Below, in pieces: positions 26,642-35,245 of a stretch of 64,000 nt of DNA. Positions within the stretch are counted from its first letter, which is position 1. Each line of letters opens with the position of its first letter. The position numbers were made by a program, and so were the translations under genes. The DNA is taken from contig JBKQLZ010000005.1 of the NCBI GenBank assembly GCA_052146895.1, forward strand, positions 6,282 to 70,281. The letters run 5' to 3'. The notes under the pieces were generated by a model that saw only the letters and a program-made list of their open reading frames with translations, had not been told where the DNA came from and did no database searches. Source of the stretch: Acidimicrobiales bacterium (GTDB lineage Bacteria > Actinomycetota > Acidimicrobiia > Acidimicrobiales > Bog-793).

Positions 26642-28468
26642 ATGGCGACAGTCGCAAAGCAAGTGGACCTAGCGCACTTCGGCAACTCGAGGCGGACCCG
26701 GATGCGCTCCGACGGCAGTGCCACGGCGCCGCGGCAGTTCCGCCTGTTCGCGCTCGCGGTGGCGGTGCCCTTGCTGACGCTGCTTGCCGTTCCCGTCACC
26801 TCTGTCGGCGCGACACGCCCAGCTGCGGCCGGCAGCACCTACTACGCGATCGGTAAGCCGCTGTGCAAGCCGCCAAAGCCGGGATACTTCTCGTGTTACG
26901 CAATACGCCGGGTTGAAGTGAAGAAGGGTACGCCTGGTGCGAAGCCGTTCAAGCTCGCGGCGGGCGCTACCGCGAGCATCGCCACGAGCGGCCGAACGGC
27001 AACGATCGGGCCGGCCGGCGGGCTCACGCCGTACGACCTCGCAAACGCCTACGACTACGACTCGGCTGCGCCGGTGACTGGCCAGACTGTCGCGATCATC
27101 GACGCCTACAACGACCCGAAGATCAACAGCAATCTCCAGACATTCGACACCCACTACGGCCTTATTCCTTGCAGCATCTCGAACGGATGCCTGAAGGTCG
27201 TGAACCAGAGCGGCGGCTCGACTCTGCCCCCGAACGACACGAGCGGGTGGTCCGGCGAGGAGACCCTCGATGTCGAGACCGTCCACTCGGTCTGCGAGAA
27301 CTGCAAGATCATCCTGCTCGAGGTGACCACTCCTTCAATCAGCAACTTCGACGTCGCAGTGAACGAGGCGGCCAAGCTGAAGGCGACGGAGATCAGCAAC
27401 TCCTACGGCGGTGCCGAGAGCTCTTCGACCCCGACCGGAGAGGCGGCTTACAACCATCCCGGCATAGTCATCACCGCCTCCGCCGGGGACGACGGGTACT
27501 ACAGCTTCGACACCGGAGGCGCGAACCAGCCGAACGCACCCGCTTCATTTGCCACTGTGGTAGCGGTCGGAGGCACGTCGCTATACCTCGGCCAAACCGC
27601 TACGCGCCAGTCTGAGTCGGTGTGGAACGACAACGGGCCGCGGGACTTCTGGGGGAAGATCCTGGGTCCGTTGGGCGCGACCGGAGGCGGCTGCAGCACA
27701 CTGATTCCAGCCCCAGGTTGGCAGAGCGGCATGAGTGTCTGGCCGAGTACAGGCTGCGCCACACATCGCCTCGTGGCGGACATCGCAGTCGATGCTGATT
27801 ACCTGACCGGATTCGACATCTATGACACTTACGTCTGCGGCTCCGCCTGCGGCACGCCTGGCTGGTCCACTGTCGGCGGCACCTCGCTCTCCTCGCCGAT
27901 CATCGCCTCCATGTTCGGTCTGGCGGGCGGGGCAGAGGGCGTCGCCTATCCGGCGCTCACGCTCTACGGCCATCTCGGGAGCTCCTCGCTCTACGACGTC
28001 ACGTCCGGCGGGAACGGCTATTGCGACGGCGAGGGCGCGGCTGCATGCGGCGACCCGAACACGGGCGGGGAGATCCTTGACTGCGACTACCCGGCGACCG
28101 GGAGCACGCCGAGCCCTAGCGATCGTGCCTGCGACGCTCTTGCCGGCTACGACGGCCCCACCGGTGTCGGTACGCCGAACGGGCTCGGTGCGTTCGCTAA
28201 GACCGGCCCTACCGCCGCGGTCGGCGGGCCGGCGTCGGTCACAAGCGGAACGACCAACTTCTGGACGGCGACGACGGCCGATCCCTTCCCGGGAGGCACG
28301 GTCACGAGCTACACGTGGAACTGGGGTGACGGCAGCACCCCCACCGTCACGACGACCGACTCGGCCTCACATGACTACCTGACCGGCGGGAGCGACACCA
28401 TCACGCTGACCGTGACGGACAACTACGGCCAGACGGGCGCGGCGACGTACCCCGTGGAGGTGAGCTGA
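26642..28468 (+). CDS. sedolisin (S53) family serine peptidase with pro-domain and C-terminal PKD domain
   Basis: ATG at 26642 preceded by GAAGGAGG, then a signal peptide. Catalytic motifs GEETLDVE, SAGDDGYY, and GGTSLSSPIIASMF. PKD-like tail YTWNWGDGSTP...ITLTVTDNYGQTG. Confidence 0.85.
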   Translation: MATVAKQVDLAHFGNSRRTRMRSDGSATAPRQFRLFALAVAVPLLTLLAVPVTSVGATRPAAAGSTYYAIGKPLCKPPKPGYFSCYAIRRVEVKKGTPGAKPFKLAAGATASIATSGRTATIGPAGGLTPYDLANAYDYDSAAPVTGQTVAIIDAYNDPKINSNLQTFDTHYGLIPCSISNGCLKVVNQSGGSTLPPNDTSGWSGEETLDVETVHSVCENCKIILLEVTTPSISNFDVAVNEAAKLKATEISNSYGGAESSSTPTGEAAYNHPGIVITASAGDDGYYSFDTGGANQPNAPASFATVVAVGGTSLYLGQTATRQSESVWNDNGPRDFWGKILGPLGATGGGCSTLIPAPGWQSGMSVWPSTGCATHRLVADIAVDADYLTGFDIYDTYVCGSACGTPGWSTVGGTSLSSPIIASMFGLAGGAEGVAYPALTLYGHLGSSSLYDVTSGGNGYCDGEGAAACGDPNTGGEILDCDYPATGSTPSPSDRACDALAGYDGPTGVGTPNGLGAFAKTGPTAAVGGPASVTSGTTNFWTATTADPFPGGTVTSYTWNWGDGSTPTVTTTDSASHDYLTGGSDTITLTVTDNYGQTGAATYPVEVS

Positions 28469-28526
28469 CAAAGCGCGCGGCCTGCTTCTTGCCTGACGGC
28501 GACACCGCCGCTGCTAGAACTTCTCG

Positions 28527-29363
28527 ATGCTGCATGCCGTGTTCCCGGGCCTCACGCTCGCGCGCGCGGCGTACGGCTTCGACGTCGGAGGAGCGCCTCC
28601 TGACCACTGCGGTCCCGGCGGCATGGTCTTCGGGCCCGGTGACGACTGGCTCGTCGCTAATAGCGGGACTGGCAGCCTCTTCCGGTTACACGGCAACGAT
28701 GCCCCCGCAACGGAGGTTCTCAACGCGGATAGCGGCGTGTCCGATCTAGCCGTCAGCCCAGACGGCGCCCTCTTTGGCTCTCGGAGGACCGAGATAGTCG
28801 AGCTCGATCCGGCGAACGGTGCCGTCTTGCGGACCGTGGCCAACGGCTTCAGAGAGCTCGTCGGGCTCGTGTTCGACGCGCGGTCAGGCAGGCTCCTCGT
28901 TGCCGACTTCGAAGCATCGGCGATCTACGCGGTCGATCACGTGACCGGTGCCTGCTCTGTGCGTGCCGCGGGAGACTCGCTCGGCAACCCGAACGGGATC
29001 GTGGTCGACGACGACGGGCGCTTGCTCGTCGCCGGGTATGGCAGCAGGCGCGTTCTTGCCGTCGAGGGCGACGGTGGCGTGGTGGATCTCGGGCGATTGC
29101 CTGGCGGTCCGGACGGGGTCGCGCTCGGTGGCGCAGATGGCCCGTTCTCGGGTTCCGCGATCGTCAACCAGCGGGACGGACAGGTCGTCCAGCTTGCACC
29201 AAACGGGCAGCTCACGACGCTCGCGACGGGCGGCACGCCCGGCGATCTGGTCGCCGTGGACACCGAAGGTTACTTGCTAGTAACTCAGCTGAGCGAGATT
29301 TTCCGAATCGGACCACCGTGGTTCGCTCCACAGCCCTGGCGAGTCCTTCCGCCTCCGCCCTAA
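28527..29363 (+). CDS. NHL/SMP-30-like six-bladed beta-propeller protein
   Basis: Repeated hydrophobic-strand-plus-DG pattern (VSDLAVSPDGALF, LVGLVFDARSGRLLVAD, PNGIVVDDDGRLLVAG, PDGVALG). No obvious signal peptide. Confidence 0.6.
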   Translation: MLHAVFPGLTLARAAYGFDVGGAPPDHCGPGGMVFGPGDDWLVANSGTGSLFRLHGNDAPATEVLNADSGVSDLAVSPDGALFGSRRTEIVELDPANGAVLRTVANGFRELVGLVFDARSGRLLVADFEASAIYAVDHVTGACSVRAAGDSLGNPNGIVVDDDGRLLVAGYGSRRVLAVEGDGGVVDLGRLPGGPDGVALGGADGPFSGSAIVNQRDGQVVQLAPNGQLTTLATGGTPGDLVAVDTEGYLLVTQLSEIFRIGPPWFAPQPWRVLPPPP

Positions 29364-29462
29364 AGAATCCGTACAAATTTGCCGATGAACTGCGGGCGAG
29401 GGAATTCCTCCCTCGATCGCGCTTCGGCGCGGGGTAGGTCATAAGACGAGGGGAGGTTCGCT

Positions 29463-32400
29463 GTGCCTGCGTTGCGAGCTTCGGTGTCGCGTTGGTACCT
29501 CCTGTTCATCGCTGTCGTCGGCATGATCTACTTCCCCTTCCTCGAATGGCAAGGACAGGTGGCCGCGTGGGCGGTCATCGGTCTCTCCTCGGTGACCGCG
29601 ATCATCTACGGCACTTATCGCAACCGCCCGAACGTGCCTCGTGCATGGGGCGTGCTTGCAGCAGGCGTGTTCCTGTTCATCACAGGCGACACGATGTACA
29701 AGTTCTCCAACCAGATCCTCCACCACACTCCGCCGTTCCCGTCGATCATCGACGTGATCTACATCACGATGTACCCGACGCTCGCAGTCGGCCTTCTCCT
29801 TCTTGTGCGGGCGCGGGTGCCAGGAGGTGACCGAGCGAGCCTTCTCGACGCGCTCACGGTCACTGCCGGGCTTGCGTTGTTGTCCTGGGTCTTCCTGATC
29901 GTCCCGTACTTCCGGGCTCCAGACCTGTCCATCCTCGAGCGGCTCACGTCGGTCGCGTACCCGCTCGGTGATGTCCTGCTCTTGGCCATGCTCGCCCATC
30001 TCTGGAGTGCCGGCGGCTTGCGCAACGCGGCTGGCCGCTTCCTTGCTATCGGGACCGTCGGCTGCCTCGTCTCTGACAGCCTTTATGGCGCCATACAGCT
30101 GCACGGCACATGGCATGACGGGAACCCAGTCGACTTCGGCTGGATGCTCTTTTACGCATGCTGGGGCGCTGCCGCGCTGCATCCCTCGATGCGTGACCTC
30201 GCCAAGCCAGTCCTTGCCGCGACGCACCGAACGAGTCGCTCCAGGCTCTTCCTGCTCGCGGGTGTGTCCCTGATCGCACCGATCGTGCTCTTGAGCGAGA
30301 CGATGTTCGGGACTCCCGTCGACGCCGCCGTGATCGGTGTGGCGGCTGGCGTGATGTTCCTGCTCGTGCTCACACGAATGGCCGGTCTCGTCAACGTCCA
30401 CCAACAAGCGGTGACGCGCGAGCAGGTGCTCCGGTCCGCGGCCGCAGACCTCGTCGCGGCCTCGGGTCGCGAGGCTCTCTATGAGGCCGTCCTCGCGGAC
30501 GTGGGCGCGCTCGCGTCGGGACAAGGCGAGATCTCAGTCTCGATGGCCGTCGCGCAGGGTACCGGCGCCGACCTCGAGATCGTCGCGAGGTCCGAGAACT
30601 CCGGAGCTGCACAAGAGGTGTTGCCGGCACCCGTGTCGTTGCCCGCCGGGCTGCGAGATCAGTTGCTGACCGGTGACGCCGCCCGTTGCCAGCTCAGCGA
30701 CTTCCCGGAGCTCGGCGGTTCCGAGGACAAGCCATCGCTACTGATCTGCCCGCTCGTGACCGATGACAAGCTGAGCGGGCTGGTCGCGGTCGCAAGCGCC
30801 CGCCAGTGGCCCGTCGACCTTGCGAGAGCAATCGAGACCCTCTCGTCGCAGGTTGCGCTCGCGCTGGAGAGCGAGGCGCTCACAGAGGCCTTCCACGCCG
30901 CTCGCAGCGAAGCACGGTTCCAGGCACTCGTGCAGAACGCGTCGGACGTGATCCTGATCGTTCACCCGGACACCACAATCATCTACCAGACCCCGTCGAC
31001 GAAGCGGATCCTGGGCTACCAGGAGGGCCTCGAAGGCAGCCGGCTCACCGAGCTGTTGCATCCTGATGACGTTCAGCAGGCAATCGCCGTCTGGAACGAC
31101 ACGGCCTATCGCACCGATGCTTCGACGGCCGTGGCCTGGCGACTTCGCCATCAAGACGGATCGTGGCGAGACGTCGAGGTAGTGGCGAACAACCTGCTCG
31201 GCGACGCCGACGTCGAGGGAATCGTTCTCACGATCCGCGACGTGAGCGACCGCAAGCGGCTCGAAGAGGAGTTGAAGCACCAGGCGTTCCACGACTCGCT
31301 CTGCGGACTGGCCAACAGGGCGCTGTTCGGGGACCGGCTCGAGCAGGCGCTCGCGAGAGCAGCTCGCTCGCAAAGGCCCCTTGCGGTGCTCTTCATCGAC
31401 CTCGCCGACTTCAAGATCATCAACGACACTCTCGGGCACTCAGCTGGGGACGAACTCCTCGTGGCCGTTGCGCAACGCCTGACGGAGGCCCTGCGAGCCG
31501 GCGACACGGCGGCGAGGTTCGGAGGCGACGAGTTCGCAGTCCTGCTCGAAGACGTGCGCGACCTCGAGGAAGCCCGTTTCGTCGCTGAGCGGATCATCAG
31601 CTCGTTGCGTCCGACGGTGACAGTCGGGGATCAGCAGGTCAACGTGCAGGCGAGCCTGGGCATCGCCCTCAGCCCAGAGGGCTCGGACAGCCCGTCGGAC
31701 TTGCTGCAAGCGGCGGACGTCGCAATGTACGCGGCGAAGGCACGCGGCAAGGGTTGCTGCGAGGTGTACGAGCCCATGCTGCGAGACGCCATCATCGAAC
31801 GTCTCGAGCGGACGTCGGACTTGCAGCGCGCCCTCGACGCGAGGGAGTTCGAGCTGTACTACCAGCCGATCGTGGACCTGGCGGACAGCCGAATCATCGG
31901 GGTGGAGGCTCTCGCTCGCTGGAACCACCCGGTCCGCGGACTCTGCCTTCCGAAGGACTTCATCGCACTGGCTGAGGACACCGGGCTCATCATCCCCTTC
32001 TCGCGGTGGGTGCTAGAGGAGGCCTGCAAGCAAGCGCGCTCTTGGCACGTCGCGGGCGCACCCGAGCTGACGGTCAGTGTCAACATCTCTGCCCGGCACT
32101 TCCAGCAAGAGGGCATCGTCGACGACGTCGCTCGGGCGATCGAGCTAGCCGGCCTCGATCCCGCGAGCCTGGTGCTCGAGATCACCGAGAGTGCTCTGCT
32201 CCAAGACGCAGGCGCAGTCGTGACTCGCATGATCGACTTGAAGATGCTCGGTGTCCAGTTCGCGATCGACGATTTCGGCACGGGCTACTCATCGCTCAGC
32301 TATCTGCAGCGGTTCCCGATCGACATCCTCAAGGTTGACAAGTCCTTCGTCGACGGGGTCGGCGACTCGGTCGAGGAGGGCGCGCTAGCAGACGCGATCG

Positions 32401-32645
32401 TCCAGCTCGGAAGGACGCTCCACCTGCAGACGATTGCCGAGGGCATCGAGCAGCCGCGACAGGTCGCCGGGCTGCGCGCGATGGCTTGCCACTACGGGCA
32501 GGGCTTCTTCTTCGAGCGACCCGGCACTGCCCAGGCGATCGGTGAGCTGATCGCGCGTCAGCATGCGCTGGTCCTGCCGGATGGGTCCACATCGAACGGG
32601 GTGGCCCTCAATGGTCACCTCCATGCGACTGGGGTACAAAGATGA
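29463..32645 (+). CDS. polytopic membrane sensor with PAS, GGDEF (I-site intact) and EAL domains
   Basis: About 9-10 N-terminal TM helices, then a PAS region. RAGDTAARFGGDEFAVLL carries RxxD five residues before GGDEF. EAL motifs are all present (EALARW, DDFGTGYSSLSYL, KVDKSF, EGIE, QGFF). Confidence 0.9.
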   Translation: MPALRASVSRWYLLFIAVVGMIYFPFLEWQGQVAAWAVIGLSSVTAIIYGTYRNRPNVPRAWGVLAAGVFLFITGDTMYKFSNQILHHTPPFPSIIDVIYITMYPTLAVGLLLLVRARVPGGDRASLLDALTVTAGLALLSWVFLIVPYFRAPDLSILERLTSVAYPLGDVLLLAMLAHLWSAGGLRNAAGRFLAIGTVGCLVSDSLYGAIQLHGTWHDGNPVDFGWMLFYACWGAAALHPSMRDLAKPVLAATHRTSRSRLFLLAGVSLIAPIVLLSETMFGTPVDAAVIGVAAGVMFLLVLTRMAGLVNVHQQAVTREQVLRSAAADLVAASGREALYEAVLADVGALASGQGEISVSMAVAQGTGADLEIVARSENSGAAQEVLPAPVSLPAGLRDQLLTGDAARCQLSDFPELGGSEDKPSLLICPLVTDDKLSGLVAVASARQWPVDLARAIETLSSQVALALESEALTEAFHAARSEARFQALVQNASDVILIVHPDTTIIYQTPSTKRILGYQEGLEGSRLTELLHPDDVQQAIAVWNDTAYRTDASTAVAWRLRHQDGSWRDVEVVANNLLGDADVEGIVLTIRDVSDRKRLEEELKHQAFHDSLCGLANRALFGDRLEQALARAARSQRPLAVLFIDLADFKIINDTLGHSAGDELLVAVAQRLTEALRAGDTAARFGGDEFAVLLEDVRDLEEARFVAERIISSLRPTVTVGDQQVNVQASLGIALSPEGSDSPSDLLQAADVAMYAAKARGKGCCEVYEPMLRDAIIERLERTSDLQRALDAREFELYYQPIVDLADSRIIGVEALARWNHPVRGLCLPKDFIALAEDTGLIIPFSRWVLEEACKQARSWHVAGAPELTVSVNISARHFQQEGIVDDVARAIELAGLDPASLVLEITESALLQDAGAVVTRMIDLKMLGVQFAIDDFGTGYSSLSYLQRFPIDILKVDKSFVDGVGDSVEEGALADAIVQLGRTLHLQTIAEGIEQPRQVAGLRAMACHYGQGFFFERPGTAQAIGELIARQHALVLPDGSTSNGVALNGHLHATGVQR

Positions 32646-33904
32646 CGTCGACGTTCCCGCAAGTCTCCTCCGAACGAGTGCGGGTCGACGAGCGCTGGGC
32701 GGACCTCGAGCGTCTACGTTCCTCCCACCCGATGATGGATGCCGTCATCGACGAGGTGCGTGTGCGGCAGATTCGGGTCGGCGACAAGTGGCTCACTGAC
32801 TTCGCTTCCTGTAACTACCTGGGCTTTGACTGGCATCCGAAGATAATTGCCTCAGTTCAGTCTGCGCTCCAGCAGTGGGGTACCCATCCCAGCTGGTCGC
32901 GCCTGCTCGGCAGTCCTCGCCTCTACGTCGACATCGAGGAGCACATGACCGAGTTGCTCGGGGCGCCCGACACCTTGCTGCTCCCGACGATCACCCACAT
33001 CCACTCCTCGGTCATTCCCGTCCTTGCGGGCCAAGGAGCCGTCCTTCTCGACGCGCAGGCGCACAAGACGATGTGGGACGGATGCGCCCACGCCCGCGCC
33101 AACGGTGCGACTCTGCGCCGCTTCCGCTCGAACGACTCGGACTACCTCGCAGACATGCTCAGGTCGCTCCCTGCCGGGCTGTCCCGACTTGTGTGCATGG
33201 ACGGCGTCAACTCCATGACCGGCAACGCGCCGAATCTCGTCGAGTTCGCACGGGTGTGTCGCGAGAACGATGCCCTCTTGTACATCGACGACGCTCACGG
33301 GTTCGGCGTCATCGGCGAGTCTCCTTCGAAAGAGGTGCCCTACGGTCACCGCGGGAACTCAATCGTTCGTCACTTTGACGAGTCGTACGACAACATCGTT
33401 CTCGTCGCCGGCTTCTCCAAGTCGTACTCCTCGCTCCTCGCGTTCCTGGCACTACCGACGAAACTCAAGAACTTCCTCAAAGTCGCTGCGCCCCCCTACC
33501 TGTATTCGGGTCCGTCGCCGACCGCCTCGCTCGCGACCGTGCTTGCCGGCCTCGAGGTCAACGAGGAGGAAGGTGAGGACATCCGGCGATCGCTGTACCT
33601 CAAGACGACGCGGGTGCTCGACCACATCGATACCCTCGGCATTCGCACGCCCAACACCTCGAAGTTGCCGATCATCGAGCTTCCACTGGCGAACAGCGAG
33701 GACATCGACGCCGTGGGCGAGTTCCTGTTCAAGAATGGCATCTACGTCACCTTGGCGGCCTACCCCTTGGTGCCGAGAGAACAAGTCGGCTTCAGGGTGC
33801 AGATCACCGCTGCCAACACCGATGAGGAGATCGACCACTTGAACGAGGTCCTCTCGGCCCTCGCGCAACGATTCGATATGCAGCCTGGCCGCCACGCGGC
33901 GTGA
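32642..33904 (+). CDS. alpha-oxoamine synthase family PLP enzyme (BioF/Kbl/Spt/CqsA superfamily)
   Basis: SCNYLGF, DDAHGFG, and the GFSKSYSS PLP-lysine motif. ATGA overlap with the upstream GGDEF-EAL gene. Confidence 0.85.
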   Translation: MTSTFPQVSSERVRVDERWADLERLRSSHPMMDAVIDEVRVRQIRVGDKWLTDFASCNYLGFDWHPKIIASVQSALQQWGTHPSWSRLLGSPRLYVDIEEHMTELLGAPDTLLLPTITHIHSSVIPVLAGQGAVLLDAQAHKTMWDGCAHARANGATLRRFRSNDSDYLADMLRSLPAGLSRLVCMDGVNSMTGNAPNLVEFARVCRENDALLYIDDAHGFGVIGESPSKEVPYGHRGNSIVRHFDESYDNIVLVAGFSKSYSSLLAFLALPTKLKNFLKVAAPPYLYSGPSPTASLATVLAGLEVNEEEGEDIRRSLYLKTTRVLDHIDTLGIRTPNTSKLPIIELPLANSEDIDAVGEFLFKNGIYVTLAAYPLVPREQVGFRVQITAANTDEEIDHLNEVLSALAQRFDMQPGRHAA

Positions 33905-35202
33905 GCAGGAGCCCGGCAGCATTGGGACTCACGACACCGTTCAAACGGCGGGAGTTCCGACTGCTCTGGATGGGCCTTGCGGTATCTCTCCTCGGAGACG
34001 GGGTCTTCCTTGTTGCCGTCGCTTGGCAGGTCTATGCGATCGCTGACCGACCCTCCGCCCTCGCCTACGTCGGGATCGCAATGTCGCTCCCACAGGTCGC
34101 CATGCTGCTCGTCGGTGGAGCTGTCTCCGACCGTATGGATCGTCGGACGATACTGCTGTTGTCCGATGTGACGCGCGGGCTTGCGCTCGCATGTCTCGCC
34201 GGAGTCACGGTGGCGGGCGACGTCCATCTCTGGGAGCTCTATGTCGCCGCGGCGCTCATCGGGGTAGCTGCGGCGTTCGCATCGCCAGCACTCGACGCGC
34301 TCGTACCGCAGCTCGTTCCCTCACATGAGCTCACTCAGGCCAACTCCGTGGACCAGTTCATGCGCCCGTTCGCCCTTCAGCTCGCGGGCCCGGCGCTCGG
34401 GGGGGTTGCCGTGGTCCTCCTGCACCCGGGCGGCGCCTTCGGGTTCGACGCGCTCACGTTCGCTTTCTCGGGTTGGTGTGTGTGGCGCCTCGCCCCGATC
34501 GCGTCGGAGCCCCCAGAAGTGCAGACGACGCTCCGGAGCGATGTGCGCGAGGGACTCGCTTACGTTCGTCGCCACGTCTGGCTGTGGGGCACGTTCGTGT
34601 CCGCGACGATCACGTACCTTCTCTTCATAGGGCCGACGCAGGTGCTGCTGCCCTATCTCGTCCGGAACTCGCTACACGCCGGCGCCACGACCTATGGGGC
34701 AGTGCTGGCAGTGGGAGGCCTAGGCGCGCTCATCGGCGCCTTCTTCGTCGCGAGGCGCCCCGACGTGCGGCGACCGATCACCTGGATGTACGTCTGGTGG
34801 ACGGTGGCGACGTTGGCCGTCGCCGGTTACGGCATCGCCACCCACGCGTGGGGTCTGGCGTGCGCGGCCTTCGTGATCAACGGTGCCGAAGCGGTCGGGA
34901 CTGTCGTGTGGGCCACGCTCAAGCAACGCCGGGTCGCGAACTCGATGCTCGGGCGCGTGTCGAGCATCGATTGGTGCGTCTCGACCGCCCTGCTCCCGCT
35001 CAGCTACGCGTTGACCCCGCCGCTCGTTCATCTCCTCGGAGTGCGAATGACGCTCGTGCTCGCCGGCACGATCGGCTCGGTGACCACCATCGCGTTCCTC
35101 TTCCTCCCGGGGATGCGAGACGCCGATCGCCAGGGCGACCCGCTGCGCGAGATGGACCCCAGCACAGAGACGCCGGTGCGCACAGAAGCACCCTCACGCT
35201 GA
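33901..35202 (+). CDS. MFS transporter
   Basis: About 12 TM helices with the GGAVSDRMDRR loop motif. GTGA overlap with the upstream gene. Confidence 0.85.
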   Translation: MSRSPAALGLTTPFKRREFRLLWMGLAVSLLGDGVFLVAVAWQVYAIADRPSALAYVGIAMSLPQVAMLLVGGAVSDRMDRRTILLLSDVTRGLALACLAGVTVAGDVHLWELYVAAALIGVAAAFASPALDALVPQLVPSHELTQANSVDQFMRPFALQLAGPALGGVAVVLLHPGGAFGFDALTFAFSGWCVWRLAPIASEPPEVQTTLRSDVREGLAYVRRHVWLWGTFVSATITYLLFIGPTQVLLPYLVRNSLHAGATTYGAVLAVGGLGALIGAFFVARRPDVRRPITWMYVWWTVATLAVAGYGIATHAWGLACAAFVINGAEAVGTVVWATLKQRRVANSMLGRVSSIDWCVSTALLPLSYALTPPLVHLLGVRMTLVLAGTIGSVTTIAFLFLPGMRDADRQGDPLREMDPSTETPVRTEAPSR

Positions 35203-35245
35203 ACCCTCAGGCGGGGGAGGTGTAACTACGCTGGCGGCAAGTTAC

